Counted from the stretch's first letter, positions 9,699 through 18,440 are shown. The stretch: 64,000 bases of DNA from Chloroflexota bacterium (GCA_016875735.1 VGOW01000013.1:3564-67563), one strand, 5' to 3'. Made by a program: numbers and translations. The notes: generated by a model not told the origin, from the sequence alone.

Positions 9699-12600
9699 AT
9701 GCGCGCCGCCTTTCGTCATTCGTCATTCGTCATTCGCCATTTGCCTCTCCTCGCTCTCGCCCTTCTCGCCATCTACCCTATCCTCGCCTCCGGCCTCCCC
9801 ACCACTGGCGACGGCCTAATTCACTACTATCGTTTCGCCGAACTCGATTGGCACATCCGCCATGGCGATCTCTACCCGCGCTGGTTCGACAACATGGGCT
9901 ACGGTTTCGGAATGCCCGTGCTCAACTTTTACGCGCCGCTCTCTTATTACATCCCCCTCCTCTTCCGACTCTTCAACCTATCCCTCGCCACATCACTGCA
10001 ACTCGGTTATGCCCTCGCCCTCGCCCTCGCCCTCCTCGGCGCGCACCAATGGGCCTCCGCCCTAACCACCCAACCACCGAACCACCGAACCACCCAACCA
10101 CCCAGCCACCTAACTGCCCTCCTCGCCGCCGCCGCGTACGGTCTCGCCCCCTACTTCTACTTCAACATCTTTCATCGCGGCGCATACCCCGAGACATGGG
10201 CGCTCGCCCTCGCCCCATGGCTCCTCTGGTCAGCGCACAAACTCGCCGAACAGCCGACCGCTCTTCGCTCCTCCCTCTTCACCGTTCTCCTCTCCGCCCT
10301 CATCCTCACCCATACCCTCTCTGCCCTCATCTTCATCCCGATCATCTCCGTTTACCTCATCGCCCTTTCCATCACTCATAACCTTGTTGCCCGTCGTTTG
10401 TCGTTCACGGCGAAGCCGTCCTTTAGGATCGTTCATCGCTCATCGCTCATCGTTTATCCCTTCGCCCTCTCCGCCTTCTTCATCCTCCCCCTCGCCTTCG
10501 AGTCGCAGTTCATCCAACTCTCTCGCGCCTTCTCCACCGGCGATCTCGATTACCATCGCAACTTCCTCAAACTCGCCGCCCTCCTCTCCTCGCCCCCCAA
10601 CTTCGATCCCCGCCTCGTCTTCAATGCCATACCCCCCAGCCTCGGTTGGCCGCAACTCCTGTTGGCGCTGTCAGCGGTTGGCGGTTGGCTGTTCGCCGCT
10701 CGCCGCAAATCACCGCTCGCCTCCCGCTCTCTCTTCATTGTTCATTGTTCATTGTTCATTCTTCTTTCCCTCCTCGCCCTCTCTATCACCGAGCCCCTCT
10801 GGAATCTTTTTCCCTTCGCCCGCTTCATCCAATTCCCATGGCGGCTCATCGGCCCCGCCTCCCTCTTCCTGGCCGCCCTCGCCAGCAATTCTCCAATCTC
10901 CAATCTCAACTCTCAAACATCAAAAACCCTCTTTCTCTCCGCCTCTATTGCCGCCTTCTTTTTCTTTTCCCTCCCTTGGACATATCACGCCGACTTCGCC
11001 CTCCACGCCCCACCCTCCACGCCCCACGCTCCAACCGACACCATCCGCTACGAAACCACCTCCGGCCAACTCGGCGCCGCCTCCACCGCCGAATACCTCC
11101 CCCGCTGGGTCGCCGCGATTCCCGATCCCAATACCCTCCTCCCACAATTCGCCGCCACCGAGACTCCCTCTCGACTCGCCCCGCTCCCCGAATCCGTTTC
11201 GCTCCACGCTTCACGCTTCACGCTTCACGCTCAAGAAATCATTTATGACTCCGCGTCCTCCTTCACCGCCGCCTTCAACCTCTTCTACTTTCCCGGCTGG
11301 GCGGCGACTCTCGACGGCGACCCGATCGGCATTCAACCCTCCTCGCCGCATGGGCTGATCACCGTTGCCCTGCCTGCCGGAACGCACACCCTGCGCCTCT
11401 CGCTCCAACCCACCGCGCCACAACGTATCGGCGTCCTTGTCTCCCTCGCCGCGCTGCTCATACTCATCCTTCGCCTCGTCCGCCGCCCCTCATCCACTGC
11501 TCACCGTTCACCGCCCGCCAATCGCCAATCACCAATCACCAATTACCAGCCACCGATCATTGTGTCATTGTTCATTGCCTCATTGCTCCTCGCCCGCGCC
11601 CTCTACTTCGACCGCGCCGAAACCATCTTCCACCACACCGACGTTATCCCCAATCCGCTCTCCGTCAACATCGAAGATCAACTCGAACTCCTCGGCTACG
11701 AATTTCCAAAAGGGACTCAATTCGCATCCGACTCCCAACTACCAATCACCCTCTACTGGCGGGCGCTCGCGCCGCTCACCACCGATTACTCCACCACCGT
11801 CCAACTCGCCGATCGCTTCGGCAACCGCTTCGGCCAATCCGACAGCCAGCATCCCAACGGCGTCCCCACCTCCCGCTGGGCGCTCAATCAATACGCTCGC
11901 GACTCGCACACACTCGTTCCCCTCATCGGCGCGCCCCCCGGCGTTTACAAATTACTGATCACCGTTTACGCCTCGCGCCCCCTCAGCATCCTTCAAGATT
12001 CTGCGCCCGCCGGAATCGAATATGAACTCGGCGCGGTGACCATCACTCGCGGCCAGCCCCAGCCGCCCGGCCCCCTCACGCTGACCGACTCTGATCTGGC
12101 AACCGACTCCGTTTCCGTCGGCGATCAGCTGGCCTTCACCCTCTTGTGGAACTCCGGCGACAAGCCCCTGCCCGTTCTCACCGCGCGAGTGTTGCTGGCC
12201 GACTCCGCCGATCAAACGATCTTCTCTGCCGACCTTCCTCCTTCCGGAGAAGATTACCCGACGAGCCAATGGGCGCTCAACGAACTCGTCCGCTTCCCAT
12301 TCAGTGTCGGCCTCCCGCCCGATCTGCCCGGCGGAGCGGCGCGAGTCCGCATCCTTCTGCTCGACGCCAACGGCATGATCTGGGCCGGGCCATTCGACAT
12401 CGGCATGATCACCATCGCCGTGCCGGAGCGCTCGTATATCATTCCGCCGATGCAGGTTCGAGTCGATCACGATTTTGCGAAAGCGATCCGTTTGCTGGGG
12501 TACGACCTTGCGCCCGACTCGATCACACTCTACTGGCAATCGCTCGCGCCAGTGGCGCAGAGGCTCACGGCCTTCGTGCATCGGCTCGACGACTCGGGCG

Positions 12601-12770
12601 CGTTCGTGGCCGGGCACGATGCCCCGCCGAGTCGGCCTGCCACCGGCTGGCTTCCCGGCGAAGTGGTGGCCGACTCGCATCCCATTTCTGCGGGCGAGCG
12701 TTTCGAAATTGGACTCTATGACCCAATGACAGGGGAAAGATTCGGTGAAGTTTTTGTAACACCCCGTTAA
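9699..12770 (+). CDS. PTPS-related-domain polytopic membrane protein (GT-C-like) with C-terminal beta-rich modules
   Basis: 1023 aa. 'YPRWFDNMGYGFGMPVLNFYAPLSYY'. Clear paralog of 38108-41074. Contains at least 7 word-repeat insertions. Confidence 0.65.
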   Translation: MRAAFRHSSFVIRHLPLLALALLAIYPILASGLPTTGDGLIHYYRFAELDWHIRHGDLYPRWFDNMGYGFGMPVLNFYAPLSYYIPLLFRLFNLSLATSLQLGYALALALALLGAHQWASALTTQPPNHRTTQPPSHLTALLAAAAYGLAPYFYFNIFHRGAYPETWALALAPWLLWSAHKLAEQPTALRSSLFTVLLSALILTHTLSALIFIPIISVYLIALSITHNLVARRLSFTAKPSFRIVHRSSLIVYPFALSAFFILPLAFESQFIQLSRAFSTGDLDYHRNFLKLAALLSSPPNFDPRLVFNAIPPSLGWPQLLLALSAVGGWLFAARRKSPLASRSLFIVHCSLFILLSLLALSITEPLWNLFPFARFIQFPWRLIGPASLFLAALASNSPISNLNSQTSKTLFLSASIAAFFFFSLPWTYHADFALHAPPSTPHAPTDTIRYETTSGQLGAASTAEYLPRWVAAIPDPNTLLPQFAATETPSRLAPLPESVSLHASRFTLHAQEIIYDSASSFTAAFNLFYFPGWAATLDGDPIGIQPSSPHGLITVALPAGTHTLRLSLQPTAPQRIGVLVSLAALLILILRLVRRPSSTAHRSPPANRQSPITNYQPPIIVSLFIASLLLARALYFDRAETIFHHTDVIPNPLSVNIEDQLELLGYEFPKGTQFASDSQLPITLYWRALAPLTTDYSTTVQLADRFGNRFGQSDSQHPNGVPTSRWALNQYARDSHTLVPLIGAPPGVYKLLITVYASRPLSILQDSAPAGIEYELGAVTITRGQPQPPGPLTLTDSDLATDSVSVGDQLAFTLLWNSGDKPLPVLTARVLLADSADQTIFSADLPPSGEDYPTSQWALNELVRFPFSVGLPPDLPGGAARVRILLLDANGMIWAGPFDIGMITIAVPERSYIIPPMQVRVDHDFAKAIRLLGYDLAPDSITLYWQSLAPVAQRLTAFVHRLDDSGAFVAGHDAPPSRPATGWLPGEVVADSHPISAGERFEIGLYDPMTGERFGEVFVTPR
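9714..9741. repeat. Intragenic tandem heptamers 'cgtcatt' x4
   Basis: 'cgtcatt cgtcatt cgtcatt cgccatt' at codons 6-14 (FRHSSFVIRH). Confidence 0.85.
10064..10114. repeat. Intragenic heptamer words ('ccaacca/ccgaacc' family)
   Basis: 'aaccacccaaccaccgaaccaccgaaccacccaaccacccagccacctaac' encodes 'TTQPPNHRTTQPPSHL', which is absent from the paralog. Confidence 0.8.
10393..10456. repeat. Intragenic repeat with 34-nt core shared with 7133-7185
   Basis: 'tcacggcgaagccgtcctttaggatcgttcatcg' plus 'ctcatcg' words. Translated in a different frame from the 7133 copy ('SFTAKPSFRIVHRSSLIV'). Confidence 0.75.
10733..10764. repeat. Intragenic tandem heptamers 'gttcatt' x4
   Basis: 'cttcatt gttcatt gttcatt gttcatt cttc' (SLFIVHCSLFIL). 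Confidence 0.85.
10886..10928. repeat. Intragenic heptamer words ('ccaatct' family)
   Basis: 'caattctccaatctccaatctcaactctcaaacatcaaaaacc'. The same word occurs in the 44999 hairpin and in acnA at 50133. Confidence 0.75.
11204..11233. repeat. Intragenic tandem heptamers 'acgcttc' x4
   Basis: 'ccacgcttcacgcttcacgcttcacgctca' (HASRFTLHAQ). The same word occurs in hairpin 26668-26750. Confidence 0.85.
11498..11588. repeat. Intragenic run of heptamer words ('caatcac' then 'cattgtt')
   Basis: 'ccaatcgccaatcaccaatcaccaattaccagccaccgatcattgtgtcattgttcattgcctcattgctc' with period 7 throughout. Confidence 0.8.
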
Positions 12771-12781
12771 TCTTCGCCGCC

Positions 12782-12787
12782 TATAAT
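12782..12787 (+). promoter_or_regulatory. Candidate -10 box TATAAT upstream of the CBM48 gene
   Basis: 'ctataatggagcgggagggcgcgATG'. A GGAG-rich stretch lies between the box and the ATG at 12804. Confidence 0.3.
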
Positions 12788-12803
12788 GGAGCGGGAGGGC
12801 GCG

Positions 12804-13151
12804 ATGATCAAAAAACGCAAGATGACCAACAACAAATACAGGGTGACGTTTTCGATGCCTGCGCTGGAAGGCGTGACGCAGCTGCACCTTGTCGGCGAGT
12901 TCAACGATTGGAGCGAAACCGCCACGCCGATGCAGAAGGCCGACGACGGCTCGTGGAGCGCGAAACTGACTCTGGAAGGCAACCGCGAGTATCAGTATCG
13001 CTACCTCGCCGACAACGGCCAATGGCACAACGATTGGGCCGCCGATGCCTATGTGCGTAACGAATTCGGGGCCGATAATTCGGTTGTGAGTCTGATCGCG
13101 GGAGAATCGCCGAGAAAGAAAATCGCGGCGAGGAAGAAGCTGTTGCTGTAG
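12804..13151 (+). CDS. Glycogen-binding / CBM48 (AMPK-beta-like early-set) domain protein
   Basis: 'LVGEFNDWS...MQKADDGSWSAKL...YQYRYL'. The ATG at 12804 follows a GGAG-rich stretch; an alternative ATG is at 12786. Confidence 0.7.
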   Translation: MIKKRKMTNNKYRVTFSMPALEGVTQLHLVGEFNDWSETATPMQKADDGSWSAKLTLEGNREYQYRYLADNGQWHNDWAADAYVRNEFGADNSVVSLIAGESPRKKIAARKKLLL

Positions 13152-13208
13152 CCGTCAGCGATCAGCAAAAGCACTTCACCGATGGCTGACTGCTGATCGC
13201 TGATCGCT
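13151..13208. repeat. Word hairpin ('gatcagc' family) between convergent genes
   Basis: 'gccgtcagcgatcagc ... gctgactgctgatcgctgatcgct'. Confidence 0.75.
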
Positions 13209-14496
13209 ACACTATCACCATTTGCTCGCGTTCCGGGCCGACGGAGACCATGCTGATTTTGAGCCCGGCGAGCGCCTCGATGCGGCTGAGGTAGTGGCGG
13301 GCCGCTTCCGGCAGATCGCTCAACGCGCGCGCGCCGCGCACATCTTCATCCCAACCCGGCGCGTCTTCGTAGATCGCTTCGAAGCCTTCGAGATGCGAAG
13401 GGCCGAGCGGTAGTTCGTTGAATTCTTTGCCCTCTTTGCGATAGCCCACACACAGCCGCACCCGACCCAACCCGGAGAGCACATCGAGTTTAGTGATGGC
13501 CAATTCGGTGAGGCCGTTGATGCGCGCCGAGTAGCGCAGCAGCACCAGATCGAGCCAGCCGCAGCGACGGGGCCGCCCGGTGGTGGTGCCGAATTCGTCC
13601 CACGGATTTTGGCCCGTGCCGCGCAGACACTCGGCCTCCGCGCCGAAGGTTTCGGTGGGGAAGGGGCCTTCGCCCACGCGAGTCTGAAAGGCTTTGGTCA
13701 CGCCGATGATGCGGCCCGCAAATTGCGGCCCGACTCCCAGCCCGGTGAACGCGCCGCCGCTGACGGGCGACGAGCTGGTGACGTAGGGGTACGTGCCGTG
13801 ATCAATATCGAGCAGGCCGCCCTGCGCGCCTTCGGCCAGCACCGTCATCCCCGCCTTCAACACTTGATGCAGATACATGCTTGTGTCGGCGATGTGAGGC
13901 GCGATGCGTTCGGCGTATGCGGCGAACTCGGCGGCGACCGCCTCCGCATCGAGCGGGGGCTGGCCATACACCCCTTGCAGAGAGGCGTTGGCTCGCGCGA
14001 TGTGCGCCTTCACCGAGTCAGCGGCCACGCGCGCATCGGCCAATGACTCGGCGCGCAAACCGCGCCGCGCAACTTTATCGGTGTACGCCGGGCCGATGCC
14101 CCGCCCGGTGGTGCCGATCTTCCCGCGCCCCAACGCGGCCTCGCTGGCTTTGTCCAGCGCGATGTGCGCGGGCGTGATCAGATGCGCCGCATACGAAATC
14201 TTCACCCGCTCCGACGACACATTCACGCCGCGCGCCGCAAGTTTATCCATCTCCTCGATGAAGCGCTGAGGGTTGATCACCATGCCGTTGCCCAGCACGC
14301 CCACCACGCCCGGATGAATGAGCCCCGAGGGGAGCAAATGCAGTTTGAAGATTTCACTGCCGACGGTGACGGTGTGCCCGGCGTTGTCGCCGCCGGAATA
14401 GCGGGCGGTCACCGCCGCCCGCTCGGCCAGCCGATCGGTGATGCGGCCTTTGCCTTCGTCTCCCCACTGCGCGCCGATGATAATGTCGAGGGGCAT
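13207..14496 (-). CDS. purA: Adenylosuccinate synthase
   Basis: 429 aa. 'GAQWGDEGKGRITD', 'GTTGRGIGPAY', full-length PurA. Confidence 0.95.
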   Translation of the reverse strand: MPLDIIIGAQWGDEGKGRITDRLAERAAVTARYSGGDNAGHTVTVGSEIFKLHLLPSGLIHPGVVGVLGNGMVINPQRFIEEMDKLAARGVNVSSERVKISYAAHLITPAHIALDKASEAALGRGKIGTTGRGIGPAYTDKVARRGLRAESLADARVAADSVKAHIARANASLQGVYGQPPLDAEAVAAEFAAYAERIAPHIADTSMYLHQVLKAGMTVLAEGAQGGLLDIDHGTYPYVTSSSPVSGGAFTGLGVGPQFAGRIIGVTKAFQTRVGEGPFPTETFGAEAECLRGTGQNPWDEFGTTTGRPRRCGWLDLVLLRYSARINGLTELAITKLDVLSGLGRVRLCVGYRKEGKEFNELPLGPSHLEGFEAIYEDAPGWDEDVRGARALSDLPEAARHYLSRIEALAGLKISMVSVGPEREQMVIV

Positions 14497-14571
14497 CGTT
14501 TGAAACGATGAACGATGAGCGATGAATGATGAACGACGAATTCATCGTTCATCGTTCCGCCTTCATCGTTC
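14497..14571. repeat. Heptamer-word hairpin ('gatgaac' family) filling the whole purA / sugar-transferase intergenic gap
   Basis: 'cgtttga|aacgatg|aacgatg|agcgatg|aatgatg|aacgacg|aattcat|cgttcat|cgttccg|ccttcat|cgttcc'. Confidence 0.85.
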
Positions 14572-14572
14572 C

Positions 14573-15988
14573 TCAATAGGCTCCATTCCCGAACAGCACG
14601 TGCGGGATCGTTCTCAGAATGATCGTCAAATCGAGCGAGAGCGACCAGTTTTCGATGTAGTAAATATCCAGCAAGCACATTTCGTCGAAGGTGAGATCGC
14701 TGCGGCCCGATATTTGCGGCAGGCCGGTGATGCCCTGCGGCGCGGACAGCCGCTCGCGCTGCCACGCTTCATACTTCTCCACTTCCGAAGGCAGAGCCGG
14801 GCGCGGCCCCACCAAACTCATTTCGCCGCGCAGAACGTTAATGAACTGCGGCAGTTCGTCGATGCTCGTGCGGCGGATGAAACGGCCCACCCGCGTGCGG
14901 CGCGGATCGTTTTTGATTTTAAACAGCGGGCCGCTGGCTTCGTTCATATCGCTCACTTCCGCCAGCGCTTCTTCCGCGCCCTGCTTCATCGAGCGAAACT
15001 TGATCACCTCGAACGGCTTGCGGTGCTGGCCGATGCGCCTCTGCCGGAAAAACACCGGGCCCGGCGAATCGAGTTTAATGGCGGCGGCCACCACGAGGAA
15101 TAACGGCCACAACACGGCGAACAGAACTGCCGTTAGAACCACGTCCATCGCGCGCTTCGTCAATCGAGCCGAGCCGGGCAGGGTGTGTTCCTTCACGCCA
15201 ATGAGCGGGATGCCGCCCAGATCGTCCACATCCACCCGGCTGAGGCTCAACTGAAAGATATCGGGCACCACGCGGGGGCGCACGCCCAATCGCTCGCATG
15301 CGCTCACCAGTCCCACAATTTTGCGCTGATACATCCATGGCAGGGTGACGAACACCTCATCCACGCGCTCGGTTTTGATGATCGACTCCACGCAATCCAA
15401 TCCGCCGAGAGCGCGGAAGCGGCCAATATCGGTTGCGCCTTTCACCGGGTCGTCGTCCACGAAGCCGACGACCGAATAGCCGAGATCGGGGCGGGCGACC
15501 ATCGTGCGCATCACCGTGCGCCCCACCTCGCCGGCCCCCACGATGAGCACGCGTTGGACGCCGACTCCGCGCTTCCGCAGCCGGGCCTCCACTTGCCGAC
15601 GAACGGCCCGCGCCGCGCCGAGCAATAGCACAATGAGCACGCCGTCGTAAAAGAATAGAAGGCGCGAATAGGCCAGCGGCCTGAGCCCGAAGGTGATGGC
15701 GACGACGATGACGATGCTGATGAGCGCGGCGTTGCCCACGCGCACGATCTCGGAGATGAGCGAACTGCCGCGCCGGGCGGTGTATCCGCCGTTGGCGGCG
15801 AAGGCGGCAAGGAAGATGGCGGTGAGCGCAGAGAACAGACTGAAGTATGACGAGAGCGGGTTGTAAAAGCCCGGCTCCACACTGCGGAAGAGTTCGGCCT
15901 CGTAACGCAGATACCACGCCAGCGCCGAGGCCAGCAGAATGAGCAGCGCATCCAACGCGGGCGAGGCCCAGCGCAGCGCGTGTTTCAT
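14573..15988 (-). CDS. Polyprenyl-phosphate glycosylphosphotransferase (bacterial sugar transferase, WbaP/EpsL-like)
   Basis: 'FFRQRRIG..FEVIKFRSM', 'DELPQFINVLRGEMSLVGPRP'. Start at 'MKHALRW' (15988), forming an ATGA overlap with the upstream GT4 stop. Confidence 0.85.
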   Translation of the reverse strand: MKHALRWASPALDALLILLASALAWYLRYEAELFRSVEPGFYNPLSSYFSLFSALTAIFLAAFAANGGYTARRGSSLISEIVRVGNAALISIVIVVAITFGLRPLAYSRLLFFYDGVLIVLLLGAARAVRRQVEARLRKRGVGVQRVLIVGAGEVGRTVMRTMVARPDLGYSVVGFVDDDPVKGATDIGRFRALGGLDCVESIIKTERVDEVFVTLPWMYQRKIVGLVSACERLGVRPRVVPDIFQLSLSRVDVDDLGGIPLIGVKEHTLPGSARLTKRAMDVVLTAVLFAVLWPLFLVVAAAIKLDSPGPVFFRQRRIGQHRKPFEVIKFRSMKQGAEEALAEVSDMNEASGPLFKIKNDPRRTRVGRFIRRTSIDELPQFINVLRGEMSLVGPRPALPSEVEKYEAWQRERLSAPQGITGLPQISGRSDLTFDEMCLLDIYYIENWSLSLDLTIILRTIPHVLFGNGAY

Positions 15989-17127
15989 GCCGACAGCCCC
16001 AGTGCGTGAGCGTACACGTTGGCCGTGCGCCTCGCCGCATCGGCCCAACTGAACCGCGCGGCCTGCGCCGGGCCGCGCGCGGCGAGGTCGGATTGCAGGG
16101 AGGGGTCGCCGAGCAGGCGGGCCAATGTGTCGGCCAGCGCCGCAGAGTCGTCGGGCGGGACGAGGAGGCCGGCCTCACCGGCGGCTTCGGGCAGGGAGGA
16201 GGCGTTGGTGGTGATCGTCGGCGCCCCGCAGGCCATGGCTTCGATCACCGGCAGTCCGAATCCCTCATACGCCGAGGGATACACAAACACGTCCGCCGCC
16301 GAATACCACAGCGGCAGATCGTCATCGGGCAAGAAGCCGGGAAAGATCACCTCGCGGCTGAGGCGCAGTTCTTCGACGGTCTGAAAGACATCTTGATACA
16401 TCCAGCCGCGGCCTCCGGCGCACACGAGTTTGATTCCGGCAGGGCGCACTTTGGCGTAAGCGCGGATGAGTGTGGAAAGATTTTTGCGCGGCTCGATGGT
16501 GCCGAGATAGAGGATGAATCGATCGGGCAGGCCGCGCGCTTCGCGGAACTCTTCGATGGCCTGCCGGCCGGGGCGTCGAAACTGCGGGTCGAGGCCGGAG
16601 TACACTACCTCCACTTTCTCTGCCGGGAGGCCATACACCGTCATCACATCTTCTTTGGTGTTCTGCGAGACGGCGATGACGCGGCTGGCTCGCCGCGTCG
16701 AAAGAGCGGTGAACAGTCGCAGGTAGGTTCGGTTGGCGAAGCGGAATCGTTCGGGGTTGCGGAGGAACGAAAGATCGTGCACGGTGACGACGGCGGGCTT
16801 GCGAGTGAGGATAGGTGAAACATAAGCCAGCCCGTGAAGCGCATGGCAGTGGCGAGCGACGGAGGGTTGAACGATTTGCTCCCAAAGGATTCGGATGAGC
16901 GAGCGCTCGGTGGCGAGGCTGGTGCGCTCCACTCGAAAAGACCGATCGGGCAGGGGCGCGGTTTCGCTGGTGAACACGGTGTACTCGAAGCGAGGGTCGG
17001 CGTCGGGAAGGTGCGCGAGGAGGCCGAGGATGTGCCGGTGGATTCCGGCGGAGCGGTACGAACGTTGGCCGGAGAGGAGCTGCGCGTTGAGGCCGACGCA
17101 ATAGGTTTTGGTTGAGGCGGACTGCAC
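15985..17127 (-). CDS. Glycosyltransferase family 4
   Basis: 'SAYEGFGLPVIEAMACGAPTITT'. The first 36 codons of the track ORF lie in the repeat. GTG at 17127 sits 7 nt after a TATAAT box. Confidence 0.75.
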   Translation of the reverse strand: MQSASTKTYCVGLNAQLLSGQRSYRSAGIHRHILGLLAHLPDADPRFEYTVFTSETAPLPDRSFRVERTSLATERSLIRILWEQIVQPSVARHCHALHGLAYVSPILTRKPAVVTVHDLSFLRNPERFRFANRTYLRLFTALSTRRASRVIAVSQNTKEDVMTVYGLPAEKVEVVYSGLDPQFRRPGRQAIEEFREARGLPDRFILYLGTIEPRKNLSTLIRAYAKVRPAGIKLVCAGGRGWMYQDVFQTVEELRLSREVIFPGFLPDDDLPLWYSAADVFVYPSAYEGFGLPVIEAMACGAPTITTNASSLPEAAGEAGLLVPPDDSAALADTLARLLGDPSLQSDLAARGPAQAARFSWADAARRTANVYAHALGLSA

Positions 17128-17140
17128 GGAGGGGATTATA
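17128..17140 (-). promoter_or_regulatory. TATAAT-N7-GTG: candidate leaderless promoter of the GT4 gene
   Basis: Minus strand reads 'tataat cccctcc GTG'. Confidence 0.4.
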
Positions 17141-17142
17141 CC

Positions 17143-17250
17143 GTGACAAGATGAAAGGATGACAAGATGACAGCATGGCACGATGACAGGATGCTCGAAG
17201 TGGTAGCCGATACAACCTGTCATCCTGTCACCCACTCATCGTGCCATCAT
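17143..17250. repeat. Octamer-word hairpin ('gacaagat' family)
   Basis: 'gacaagat|gaaaggat|gacaagat|gacagcat|ggcacgat|gacaggat' pairs with 'catcctgtcacccactcatcgtgccatcatg'. Related to 30815-30901. Confidence 0.8.
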
Positions 17251-18357
17251 GTTTCGATACACTTTCACTGTCTCATCGGCCACACGCTTTTGGGTGAACA
17301 GCGCCAGCATCCGCTCGCGGCCTTTGGCTCGCAGGTCGGCGCGGAGGGAGTCGCTCGATTGCAATTGGCGCAGGGCATCGGCGAGGGCGGGCGCGTTACC
17401 TTCGGGGACGATCAGCCCGGCATCGCCGATCACGTTCGGGATCTCACCGCAGGTGGAGCCGACGACAGGGACGCCGCAGGCCATCGCTTCGACGAGCACG
17501 CGGCCAAATTGCTCTTTCCAGTTCGGTTGAGTGATCGAAGGGAGAACGAGCGCGTCGATGGAGTGAAGGAAGTTTGGGAATTCGGTGGAGGGCATCCACG
17601 CGCGAACGCTGAGGCGGCTTCCCATGCCGCAATCGTTCGCGAGTTGGATCAAAGCCTCACGCCGGGGCCCACTGCCTACGAGAACGAGTCGAGCATGGTT
17701 GTCGAGTCCGGCAACGGCGCGAATCAAAATGTCCGCCCCTTTTTCGGGGACGAAGCGACCAGCGTAGGCGATGGTGAAACCCTCACCCCTTTCCCCTCTC
17801 CCAAAGGGAGAGGGGGACAGGGGGTGAGAGTACAAGTTTTCGTCCACGCCGAATTGCGGGATGACGGCGACCGGCCCGCGATAGCCTTTGGCCCGCCAAA
17901 CTTTTTCGGAATCGTGATTGCCGCAGATGGCGTAATCGGCGCGGCGGAGAACGCGCGACTCGATGGCGTTGAAGGGAAAGGGGTAGCGGCGGTTGAGGTT
18001 CTGCCACGAGAAGAAGAGGGCGCGGGCGCTGTGCTTGCGCGCCAGCCGAAGCGCGTGCCACGTGGCGAGGTTATACGGCTCTTCGTCGATGTGGGCAATG
18101 TCGGGTTGCACTTCAGCGAAACGCTTGGCGAGTCGCGGGTAGAAGTGAAGATGAAAGTTCCCATTGAGCGCCATCGGCTCCACGACGAGTCGGTAGCCCT
18201 TCGTGTACGAGCGTTCCAGTTTGAGTGCGCCGCGCTCGTCGCGCCATTCGGGCGGCACGATCACCGTCAGTTCGACATCCTCGTGGGCGGCCATCTCTTC
18301 CAGCTTGCGCTGGTACGCGCCGACGACGCAGGCTTTGGAAATCATAAGCACACGCAT
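17236..18357 (-). CDS. Glycosyltransferase family 4
   Basis: Start at 'MRVLMISKACVVGAY' (18357). 'EQFGRVLVEAMACGVPVVGS'. Contains an in-frame palindromic element. Confidence 0.8.
   Translation of the reverse strand: MRVLMISKACVVGAYQRKLEEMAAHEDVELTVIVPPEWRDERGALKLERSYTKGYRLVVEPMALNGNFHLHFYPRLAKRFAEVQPDIAHIDEEPYNLATWHALRLARKHSARALFFSWQNLNRRYPFPFNAIESRVLRRADYAICGNHDSEKVWRAKGYRGPVAVIPQFGVDENLYSHPLSPSPFGRGERGEGFTIAYAGRFVPEKGADILIRAVAGLDNHARLVLVGSGPRREALIQLANDCGMGSRLSVRAWMPSTEFPNFLHSIDALVLPSITQPNWKEQFGRVLVEAMACGVPVVGSTCGEIPNVIGDAGLIVPEGNAPALADALRQLQSSDSLRADLRAKGRERMLALFTQKRVADETVKVYRNMMAR
17780..17828. repeat. GC-rich palindromic element, full copy, in-frame inside the GT4 gene
   Basis: 'ccctcacccctttcccctctccc aaa gggagagggggacagggggtgag', translated 'HPLSPSPFGRGERGEG'. 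Confidence 0.8.
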
Positions 18358-18370
18358 GAGCAGGATTATA
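18358..18370 (-). promoter_or_regulatory. TATAAT-N7-ATG: candidate leaderless promoter of the GT4 gene
   Basis: Minus strand reads 'tataat cctgctc ATG'. Confidence 0.4.
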
Positions 18371-18372
18371 AA

Positions 18373-18440
18373 GTTCAAACTCCAAACTTCAAACTCCAAA
18401 CTTCAAACTCCCAATTTGAGGTTTGAAGTTTGGAGTTTGT
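18373..18440. repeat. Heptamer-word hairpin ('caaactc/caaactt' family) in a divergent promoter region
   Basis: 'gttcaaa|ctccaaa|cttcaaa|ctccaaa|cttcaaa|ctcccaa|tttgagg|tttgaag|tttggag|tttg'. Thirty-five nt are identical to the reverse complement of 28146-28200. Confidence 0.9.

Noticed and set aside
9273-11588. Short tandem repeats considered as a possible CRISPR array
   Set aside because: Repeat units are 7-8 nt with no unique spacers of 25-40 nt. They lie inside ORFs or form hairpins, and no cas genes are present.
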